The notes under the pieces were generated by a model that was given only the letters and a program-made list of their open reading frames with translations, was not told where the DNA came from and made no database searches. Of a DNA stretch of 64,000 nucleotides, positions 10,669-20,284 are shown in pieces. The DNA is from Cyanophora paradoxa CCMP329 (taxonomy: Eukaryota; Plantae; Glaucophyta), in assembly GCA_004431415.1 (NCBI GenBank), contig QPMI01000015.1, positions 1 to 64,000 on the forward strand. The letters are read 5' to 3'. How positions within the stretch are numbered: the stretch's first letter is position 1; each line of letters begins with the position of its first letter. The position numbers were made by a program, and so were the translations under genes.

Positions 10669-12027
10669 ATGCCAGCAACTGGAAGAATAGTTAGAAGAAC
10701 CACTGAGCAACTGCAAGGTAACCTGTTGCCTATCACAATTCCAAAGGAGGAAAAAGGGGAATCTCGAATTGTTAAAAGTCTGAGATGAAAGAGCTTGTCC
10801 AGTAGAGATCCCAGTTGCTATTGCAGTGAAAGAAACCAGCAAGATTGCCAAGAGATTCTATGATGTGAGAACTGGTTACAAAGGGCTTCAAGCTATGAGG
10901 GCTGAGTTACCAGATGAATCCTATAAGCAGTTGCAAGAGTTCTATAAAAAACAAGAGGTAGTTCAGATCAATGCACCTGCTATATCTAGGAAGAGAGATC
11001 CCATGGTCCCAATTAGGCAACCCTTGATACCTATGTGATTGATTTGCTCTTTTTCCCAGCTTATAAGAAACAAAACAATGGCTATGATACATTTATGACT
11101 GCAATGGAATCAACACTGAGAACTGGGTATATCATACCTATAAGGGATAAATCAGCTCTCACTACATTGGCTGCATTTAAACAGCTTGAGATGAGAGTAG
11201 CAAGACCCATAGTAAAGGTTCAATCAGATGCTGGGAGTGAGTTCCAAAATCGAATATTCCAGGAATATTTATCTAGTAAATTCATAGAACACCAAGTGAG
11301 TGGAACTGCTGACCATAGAAGCCAAGGTCGAATTGAAGCCTTTAACAAGCAGATTAAGAGACTGATCACAAACTATTGCATAGCTAATAACACAGCTAGA
11401 TTCTTTGATGTGTTAGGTGATATTGAGTATAATTACAATAATACAGTTCACTCAGCTACTAAGATGAAGCCAGGCGAAACTACAGAGGAGCATTATAGGT
11501 ATATAGTGGGATTAGAAGATGAGAGATTCAAGAAATCAATAGCTTACCTTGATACCATGCAGCCTGGCATGTTTGTTAGAGTGAAAGTTGAGAAGAACCC
11601 CTTTGCTAAACAGGGTAACAATTGGTCTAGGATGGTTTACACAGTTGATAGTAGGGAAGGCTTTAAGTTTAAGCTAAGGAGTCCCAATGGTGAGATCATA
11701 GAAAACAGGTTTGCTTTCCATGAGCTGTTGCCTGTGAATGCAGTTGAATATCTAGAAACCCCTACAGTGGATGCCTTAGAGCAAGCCAAGGAGGAAGCTA
11801 GGGTTGATGCTGCTATAAGGAGAGAAGGCATAGAAGCTGCTAATGAAGTCCCAGATAAGCCTTTGATAGAGGCTAGGAAGGAGAAGGCTGGAAAAGTTAG
11901 CAGGGAACTCAAAAAGCTCACTATAGCAGGGACACAGAAACTTTCAGAAGTGAATAGCCAGAGATGGTATAATGACTTTCAGACTACTAAGGAGTCATAT
12001 ACAGCCCTAAACCTCAAAGAACACTAA
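10669..12027 (+). CDS. Retroviral-type (rve, DDE) integrase of Maverick type, frameshifted near the N-terminus
   Basis: FYDVRTGYKG..FYKKQEVVQI N-terminal part; catalytic IDL, QSDAGSEF and GRIEAFN; YNNTVHSATKMKP. The 10669 start is tentative. Confidence 0.92.
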
Positions 12028-12274
12028 GAGAAAGGACCAAAACTAGCTAGTTTCATAGCCGAAAACTCGTTTTTTCCAAATATATGTATGTGTGATATAC
12101 ATATATGCATATGATATACACATCAACGTGTAGATCTTCTCAAGCGCTTCACAATGCTATGCAGAACGCTGCAAGTTGACTATCTGGTGATGAGATACAA
12201 GCGTTTGAAGATGCCGACAATCGAAAAACCGAAACTTCGGCGAAACTTCGGCGAAATGTTTTATTCTTTATGGA

Positions 12275-12376
12275 AATCGATTTCATGTAATCGATTTCAT
12301 GTAATCGATTTCATGCAATCGATTTCATGTACGTAATCGATTTCATGTAATCGATATCATGTAATCGATTTCATTT
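12275..12376 (+). repeat. Tandem array of 14-bp AATCGATTTCATGT, about 7 copies
   Basis: Units read directly from the sequence. Confidence 0.9.
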
Positions 12377-12377
12377 A

Positions 12378-12908
12378 GCACGAATTATCTTTTAATTAGT
12401 GGTTTCAGGCACGAATTATCTTTTAATCAGTGGTTTCAAGCACGAATTATCTATCAATTAGTGATTTCAAGCACGAATTATCTTTCAATTAGTGATTTCA
12501 AGCACGAATTATCTTTTAATTAGTGGTTTTAGGCACGAATTATCTTTTAATCAGTGGTTTCAAGCACGAATTATCTCTTAATAAGTGATTTCAAGCACGA
12601 ATTATCTTTCAATTAGTGATTTCAAGCACGAATTATCTCTTAATTAGTGATTTCAAGCACGAATTATCTTTCAATTAGTGATTTCAAGCACGAATTATCT
12701 TTCAATTAGTGATTTCAAGCACGAATTATCTTTCAATAAGTATTTCAAGCACGAATTATCTTTTAATAAGTGATTTCAAGCACGAATTATCTTTTAATTA
12801 GTGATTTCAAGCACGAATTATTTTTTAATAAGTGATTTCAAGCACGAATTATGTGGTTTAAAGCACGAATTATGTGGTTTAAAGCACGAATTATGTGGTT
12901 TCAAGCAC
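12378..12908 (+). repeat. Tandem array of 31-bp GCACGAATTATCTTTTAATTAGTGATTTCAA (about 15 copies) followed by three 21-bp truncated units
   Basis: Head-to-tail units with point variation and no unique spacers. Confidence 0.92.
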
Positions 12909-13232
12909 ACCAATCAGATTGCGCCAAACATATATACATAAACAATATGACAATTAACACATCGCCGTGATCGTCATAATCTCCCGAGTCCGCCCGTGTG
13001 TCATATATATCATATACATATGCAACGTCATGATGACGTCATATCGAAAACTCCCATACAAAACACTAAAAAGCATGTATCTCTTCACCAACTCATCATC
13101 TCACAAAGATAAAAACAGATTCGGAATCCTCTCAACGAGACCAGCGTGACTATGTAAGTATCATAGGCTCAATAATTCATATGTTTCTAAGCATCTGCCC
13201 TAGATTCCCCCTATTATATTATATTTATATTT

Positions 13233-13670
13233 AAGTGGACTCAAGGTTGACTCATATTAATCGTAAAAGTAGTAAAAGTATATGGATTTTGTTACGAATT
13301 CAATGGGAGGGTTGACTAAGTGGGTTGAGTTGACTCAAATTTCACAGGAAATATTTGGGACCTAAAGTTTTCTAAAAAGGATTTGAAAAAATGTGTCAAC
13401 TCCCCCCACTTAGTCAACCCTGACCATAAACAGTAAGGATTTGAGCTAACATGTATCACAAAGTGAACATTTTGAGTCCACTTAGAAGATCCACTTTTGA
13501 AATCCAAGTTGATTTTGCTTGAAATTTCAAAGTTGATCTAAAAGTGAGTCCACCCTGATTGATTATGGTAACAAAGTGGACTAAGTTGACTAAGTTGAGT
13601 CATCTTAAGAAATTCAAAGAGACTAAGAGTTCAAAATGTTTATGAAAAGTGAGTCAACTTAGACCACTTA
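13233..13670. promoter_or_regulatory. Subterminal iteron-like module (GTTGACT/GTGGACT boxes in both orientations)
   Basis: 13233-13420 is collinear with 6781-6961. Further boxes lie at about 13475, 13542, 13575-13602 and 13647-13669. Confidence 0.55.
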
Positions 13671-13720
13671 TGATAACAAAGTTAAATATTTATTTGATTT
13701 AATCGGAAAAGAACATGATT

Positions 13721-13945
13721 TAATCGAATTTATTGATATAATTCCGATTAGATTCATTTAGGATTCAATTAAGATCAATCGAAGTTATTGATATAATTCC
13801 GATTAACTACAATTAAGATACAATATCGATTAATCGAGTTTATCGATATAACATCGATTAAATTAATTGAAAATGCATTTACAAATATGAAAATTCATGT
13901 GAAAATTCAAATAAATTAATCGATTTTATTGATATAACATCGAAT
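13721..13945 (+). repeat. Four degenerate AT-rich repeats AATCGANTTTATYGATATAAYWYCGAWT
   Basis: Copies at about 13721, 13777, 13832 and 13918. Confidence 0.75.
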
Positions 13946-13946
13946 C

Positions 13947-14019
13947 ACACATATGAATATTCATATTTTAATCCTGAGGCGGAACGCCGAGGGATTAAAA
14001 TATGAATATTCATATGTGT
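13947..14019 (+). repeat. Terminal palindrome/hairpin of the viral element
   Basis: Perfect 28-bp inverted repeat (13947-13974 / 13992-14019) around TGAGGCGGAACGCCGAG, at the AT/GC boundary. Confidence 0.92.
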
Positions 14020-14150
14020 CCGGCGGCGCGCACGGTCTCTCGGGTCAGACGCGCACAGCGAGCGGGTTGCTGACTCAGTGAGCTCTTCCGGGATCCTTCA
14101 AGGCTTCAAGGCTTGCGCCCGCGTTCCAGCCTCTTTCTTCAAAGCATAAG

Positions 14151-14648
14151 ATGGGCAATTCGGAATCAGCAGCAATGGCCGCTAACGGCGGCATCAACCT
14201 CCCCAGTGTGTCACCACCGGTCCCCACCACTACGTATTCGCAATCGTCTGTTGGCGCGGGGTCTGTGGAGTACGTTAACGGAAGGTTCCGGCTGAAGCCG
14301 TCTGTATCGTTTTCGTATCAACAGACCAATGACCGGATGAGGTGCGTTGATCATCATTTATGATCACCACTCCGCCGACGCTTCAGCGTCGATCGCCTGC
14401 TGATTATCGTCTCCAAATTAGCGGCAAGTTGTGCCTTGATGAGACTACGGCCACCGTGAGCGAGGCCGACGTCGAGGTGAGCAGCTGACAAATCGTCGAT
14501 CGCGAGCCGCGCGTGCAACCCGCAAATGATGAACCGTGAACGCGCGCAGGGCCTCGACTCGGCGGAGGCGGAATTCGACGAGGATCTCCTCCTCTCTGAC
14601 CTCGCCGCCGATCTCGAGGCCGGCGCCCTGCAGCTGGCCGATGCGTGA
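14151..14648 (+). CDS. Possible small spliced host gene with an N-myristoylation-like start
   Basis: MGNSES start (MGxxxS) and a coding-like last exon MMNRERAQGLDSAEAEFDEDLLLSDLAADLEAGALQLADA*. Exon structure is uncertain. Confidence 0.35.
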
Positions 14649-16189
14649 AGGTGTCTGCACCTCTTCATGATCAGTTCTGTGGTCGATGTTTGCTCGAAAA
14701 TATAACCAACACTCAGTGACTGGATGCTTACAAGGCAGTACTAGTGCAGTCCTACATGTACATGCTAATCGAGAGATCTAGATCAAGAGCGCGGGTCTTG
14801 CATTAATTGGTTCAGACTAGTGAGGTTGGGGCATATGGGCTCTGTTATCGTGATGGTTCTTTTTGGGGGAATCCGTGGTGTATTAAGGGAAAAATTAAAG
14901 CCCAAGTACACAATAGCTACTTCTATCACACACCCTAGCTAGCTATAGTGCTCCTGCCTCCAGCAGTAGGTGACGCTAGGTGACGCCACCGCGGGTAGTG
15001 TTCCGCGAGTTTATCCTACCTATCGATAGTTTTAATTTGCAATTGCCTGGCCCATGGCCACCCCCTCCGGACCGGAATTTACAGACTGCCCCCCTTGCAA
15101 TTGCAATTGATTATCTAGCTCATCCCTCTGATCGCCCGTTTTCTGGTAGTGCGCATGCGTCGCTTTTGCCTGATCCCAAAATAATTCGCTGCAACCTCGT
15201 CGGTTTATCCCTCGAGCTCCCTCTCTGCAAGTACACTGTTCTTTTTACCCGGCCCTTCTTCTGTCACTCCCACTATATAACATATAAACTCTGTGTGTCA
15301 GTTATATAAACATATAAACACTATCTCGCTGCCTCTAGATCTTCCATCTATATATCTGTTCCTAGTGCTAGCTATTTAAACTAGTGGGCCCCCCCCCCCC
15401 CAGTTCCAATGGCTCGGAATCATGAAGTTTGCTGGCAAAACTGTGACTATAGTAAATCGGAACAACAAAGTTCCCAACTTCGTTCGCACTATGCACAGCT
15501 CTCGTACTATCATGTAGTATCGACAGCGTCAGTTGTAACGAGAGCAATCCAGAGCTGTCCACAGAGAACAAGGCGCGGCCGGGGCGCGGCACAGGGCGCC
15601 CGGGGAGCACTATCAGTGCGCTAGGCTAGCTCCGTACTCTTAGTAATTATAAATTAGCATTAATTATAATGCACTTAATTATAAAAAATTAATTAGAAAT
15701 ACCCCTGACCCGGCCCTCTCCTCCTCCGCATCTACCATTCCTCCTTCGAGCCGCGGCGCCGGTCCCTTTGCCGTGCATGATTTGTGACGTCGACAGCGTG
15801 ACTACGTGAATTTGAAGGCCAACTGCAAGGGGCAAGGCAAGCGGAGCTGGACTTGGCAGCGCGCACGGGGCTTCCCAACGTTTACAACCTTCTTTAAGGG
15901 TGCGTCGACCCGGTCCCCCCCCCCCCTCTCTTACCCTCCCCCCCCCCCCCCTCCCACCACCCACCCCCACCCCTCTTCCCCGCAGCGGCAATGGACCGGC
16001 TAGCCCTCACCACCCTCCGCGAGGAGCCCAACCCGCCCCAGGCACCGCTCCCTACCCCCTAGCACACCACCCCTCCCCCATAACCCCCTGCCCCCGCCGC
16101 TGTGCTCATCCCGCCGGGTACATGATCATATCGATTGGAGCTACACATGTACCGTCGACCCACCAGCCTGGGCCCGGAGGCGGCGGGCC

Positions 16190-18152
16190 TCAGCACATTA
16201 GCTTCCAGCGCTCCATGTACGCCTCGTCGGGGTCGACGAAAGTCCCGCTGAAGTACTCCGACTGCCGCGCCGCCAGGAACCTGGGGGAGGGGAGGGCGGG
16301 GGGGGGGGGGAGGGGGGGGAGGGGGGGGCGAAAGAGGCACGCCGTCAAATTTAAATGAGAGAAGAAAGCGGCAGCACAGCCGTGAAATCTAGTTCGAACT
16401 AGGGTGGAGGCGGGGAGGGCGCCGGAGGGGTACGTACGCGAGGAGGTCGTCGAGGTGGTCGGAGAGCGAGCGGAGGCTCGCGTCGTCCAGCGTCGAGACG
16501 TCCACCAGCGTCGGCAGCTTCACTGCGCATGCGCCGTCCGTCGTGAGACGGGCGGGCGTACTAAGCGAGGGAGAGGGGTAGGTGGATTAGCATGGAGCCA
16601 TCCGTTAGCGGTTCAACAGCGTCGGCAGCTTCAGCCAGTGACAGATAGACAGATAGAATAGACAGATAAGACGCAGCTAGGGGGGGGGGGGGGGGGGGGT
16701 AGATGGACGGATTGGATGGGCAAAGATTTGATCCGGGCGCACCGAAGAGGCGGAGGAGGTGCTCGGCGCCGTAGAGCTCCGAGGCCGGCGTCTCGGGGTG
16801 CTTGTCCGCCAGGGCCTGCAGGGGTAGACGGATCGAATTCGAATTCGAATTTGATCCGGATCAAATTCGATTCGAACTCGAACCTGGAACTGGGGCCGCT
16901 CGAATCGGTACAGGAGCATTACGCCCAGCGCCTTGTCGAAGTACTCCTTCAGGCCCGACACGAGCTCTCCGACCGCCTCGGCCGCCCCCTTGCGCGCCCC
17001 GGGGCCGTCTCCGCCCCGCGCGCCGCCGCCGTCCCCCGCCGACGGCGCCGGCGAGTTGCCCGCAGAGCTCCCCGCCCCGCCCGCCGCGGCCGTCCCCGCC
17101 GCCGCGCCGCCGTCCGCCGCGTCGCCGCTGCGCGCGCGCGCGGGCGGCCCCTCTTAGCCGCGCGCAGGGCGAGCGGAGGGGCGGCCACGCGTGCCTTGCG
17201 CCCTCTCCGGAGCCGGGAGCCGGGGCCGCCTCGATCTGAGCGATCTTGTGCGCCCGGTACGCCTCCAGGATGTCAGCCACCGTCGGGCTCCGTGGCACGG
17301 GAAGCAGCTGCCGGCCCGTCCCCGTCAGCTTCGCCGGCGGAGGAGCGCGGCGGGCGGGCGCGGGCGCGGGCGCGGGCGCGGACCTTCTGGTCCTTGAACA
17401 GCTTTTCCCATTCTTCAACGAGGAAAGCCTTCAGCGACTTGGGGATCTGGTACGTAAGGTCGAACTGCTCGGCCTGGTCTCCGCCCTGCGCCGCCCGGCG
17501 CCGCCGGCGCCGCCGTCAGCCCGCCCCGCCCCCGCCCCGCGCGCCCCGCGCGGGCCCCACGGCACGCACGTCGGAGGATCCGTCCGTTCGTCGCTTCTTG
17601 GGTCGCACGTCGTCCCCTGCGGCGGCCCGGCGGGCACCGTCGGCGGGATGCGGTACGGGACGGCGCAGCCGCCGGGCGGGCGGCGGGCGGCGCACGCTTG
17701 CGTCCCGGCTTGAGCCGCTTGAGCTCCAAAGCGCGCTTCTGCGCCTCTTCAATCGAACGCTTGCTGACCTCCTCGTTGTCGGGCGTGTGTTCCAGCAGCC
17801 ACTCTTCAGGGAGCCACTCGTCCCAGCTGCGCGGAGGCGAGCCCAGACCCTCAGCTAGACAGGGCGTACGGCACGAGCCGCGCGGCTCCCCAGCGCACTT
17901 CTTGTTCCAGCCCTGGTAGTGGACGAGATACTCGGGCTTTCCGTCCGCGTTGACCTTGATCTGGATCACCTGCAACACGAGCACGATAAGAGCCTCGCCG
18001 GGAGCGAACGTGGCGCTATCGGCTTTCTCGCGAGGCCCGGGGTGGGCTCGCCGGGTCCGCGGTCATACCTTCGCATCGTAGTAGAGCGCGGTGCAGCGGT
18101 GGCCTGCGAACACGCGCTGCGAGAGGGTGAACTTCCCGGAGACCTCCGGCAT
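16190..18152 (-). CDS. EAF3: MRG15/Eaf3 family chromatin protein (chromo-barrel + MRG domain), spliced
   Basis: YYDAK..YLVHYQGWNKK.WDEW chromo-barrel; MRG motifs IPKSLKAFLVEEWE, LPVPRSPTVADIL, GLKEYFDKALGVMLLYRFERPQF and YGAEHLLRLF. Confidence 0.93.
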
Positions 18153-18229
18153 TCCCGAATCCCGCGCCCTGTTTCGCGGTCTGCCTTCGCGCTGTACCCG
18201 GGACCAGTCGCCGTACCCAGAGACCGACC

Positions 18230-19960
18230 ATGCTCTCGCTGGTGCCTCGCTTCCCGCCGGCGCCCGCGCGCCGTCTGACTAGGCCGCGCACAGCGAGCGC
18301 TGAGTCAGGGTGGCGCCGGTGGGCGGGCGCGGCTCGTGCGCTACCTGTCGGCGTCCGGCAAGGTGAAGACGCTGGTCATCGCAGAGCACAACAACAAGGC
18401 GCTCAAACCGAGCACGCTCAACACGATCAGCGCCGCCAAGGCCCTCGGTGGCGAGGTCGCCGTGCTCGTCGCCGGCAGCGGTTGCAAGTCGGTCGCAGAC
18501 GCGGCAGCTAAGGTGGAGGGCGTGTCAAAGGTCTTCGCGGCGGACAGCCCGGTCCTCGCGCACGGCCTCGCGGAGCTGGTCACGCCGCTGGTCGCGAAGT
18601 TCCAAGGGGCGCAGGGCTTCACGCACATCCTCGCCCCCGCGACAACGTTCGGAAAGAACCTCGTGCCCCGCATAGCCGCCAAGCTCGACGTCTCGCCCAT
18701 CGCCGAGGCACGCCGCGCCGCCGCCTCCGCGCCCGGCGCGCTCCCGCCCTGACCGACCGCCGCCGCAGATCCTGAGCGTGAAGAGCGCCGACACGTTCGT
18801 TCGGCCGATTTACGCCGGGAACGTCCTCGCAACGGTCAAGTCCGACGACCCGATCAAGATCATCACGGTCCGCGGGACTGCTTTCCCCAAGGCCAAGGAG
18901 GGTGCGCCGCCCGCCCGCCCTCCCGCCCGCCCCCGGGCGGCGCTGAGCCGAGCCTGCAGGCGGCGCATCGGCGCCCGTTGAGGCGATCTCTGCGGAGCCG
19001 GCGGAGGCGTCCAAGGCCCGCCCCTCCCCTCCGCGCGCCGCGCCGCGCCGCACCGCGCCGCGCCGCCCTGACGGGACGGGGCGGCGCCGCAGTCCGAGTT
19101 CGTGGAGGAGGCGCTGAGCGCGTCGACGCGGCCGGAGCTGACGGCGTCGCGCGTCGTCATCGCCGGCGGGCGCGGCCTCAAATCCTCCGAGAACTTCAAG
19201 CTCCTGGAGGAGGTCCGCGCTTTTTGGAAGCCAGGGAGCTATCCTCAAAACTTGAAAAGGCTTAAGCTAGCTAGCTTCCTCATAGCCAACTTCAAGCTCC
19301 TGGAGAATCTCCGCGCTCTCGAGAGCTTGCCAGCTAGCTACCCAGCTCCCCGAGAGCCGGCTTCACCTCTTCTCACGTTCTTACTTGCGTTCGGCCGCCC
19401 GCCCCGCAGCTCGCGGACAAGCTGGGCGGCGCGGGTGTGTGCGGCCCGGCCTGGCCCGCCCCGCCCCGGCTGACTTCGTTCGCAGTGGGCGCGACGCGCG
19501 CGGCGGTCGACTCGGGCATGTGCCCCAACGACTACCAGATCGGGCAGACGGGCAAGGTCGGCCCTGCCGGCTCCGCGCCGCCCCCGCCGCCGCCCTCACG
19601 CCCGCCCCGCCCCGCCCCGCCCCGTCATCAGGTCGTGGCCCCCGACGTCTACATCGGTACCCCGCGCGGCGCCGCTCACCTGATCCTGATCTGAGCCGAG
19701 ACTGACGGGGCGCCGGCCGGGCAGGCGTGGGTGTCTCGGGCGCGATCCAGCACCTGGCGGGGATGAAGGACAGCAAGCTGATCGTGGCCGTCAACAAGGA
19801 CGCCGACGCGCCCATCTTCCAGGTCGCCGACCTCGGTGCGCCCGTACCCCTCCCCCGCGCGCGTACCCCGGCCGAACCTCTTCCGCCTCCGTCCGTAGGC
19901 CTGGTGGGGGATCTGTTCCAGGTGGTTCCCGAGCTGACCAAGAAGCTCGAGAAGAAGTAG
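18230..19960 (+). CDS. ETFA: Electron transfer flavoprotein alpha subunit, mitochondrial, spliced
   Basis: [93 protein letters not shown]; Arg-rich presequence. Confidence 0.97.
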
Positions 19961-20284
19961 GCCCAGGTTTCGCCTCCCGCGCGGCTGCGGGCCCTAGGCC
20001 TCTGCGCCGCATTGGGTGTACAACACAAGAATTTGAATGTAGGACTGCACTCCGAGTCTTCGATGCAGGCGCTGGGCCTCGAAGCCGTGACTATGCATAT
20101 GGCAGCGGGCTGCGATGAAGTGGGGGGGGTTGGCCGCTCCACTTCGTTCGCAGCACTTGACTTCGCCCTGCGCATGCGGCGACGTCGACAGGCTTGGATC
20201 TGGCTAGAGGCTTCGCTTTCGAATTCGACTGGTACGATAGGGTAGAAGCTGAGACGCAATCGCGTCCAGCCCGCGGCAGCCAGT

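Larger units (their letters stand above)
1..14019 (+). mobile_element. Endogenous Polinton/Maverick-like virus (PLV-type); left part lies outside the window
   Basis: AT-rich, intronless, co-oriented gene block with MCP, packaging ATPase, primase-helicase, GIY-YIG, pPolB and rve integrase. It switches abruptly to GC-rich host DNA after a terminal palindrome at 14019. Confidence 0.93.

Noticed and set aside
1-11040. Programmed ribosomal frameshifting in viral genes
   Set aside because: There are too many shifts, at arbitrary positions inside conserved domains and without consistent slippery sites. Indel error or decay is simpler.
497-11921. Minus-strand ORFs within the viral element
   Set aside because: They are short antisense shadows of the + strand genes with no recognisable motifs.
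11700-12027. Chromodomain at the integrase C-terminus, as in many Mavericks
   Set aside because: No aromatic-cage or YLVKW-like motif is visible; the tail is charged and helical.
12378-12908. CRISPR-like array
   Set aside because: The units are head-to-tail with only point variants. There are no unique spacers and no cas genes, and the context is eukaryotic/viral.
1-14019. Bacterial or phage contamination, or a chimeric contig
   Set aside because: The gene set is of eukaryotic Polinton type and the boundary coincides with a structured terminus. Read-level confirmation is still desirable.
14980-16000. Possible small gene with a thioredoxin-like PTFTTFFKG fragment
   Set aside because: I could not assemble a consistent exon chain or find a CxxC motif.
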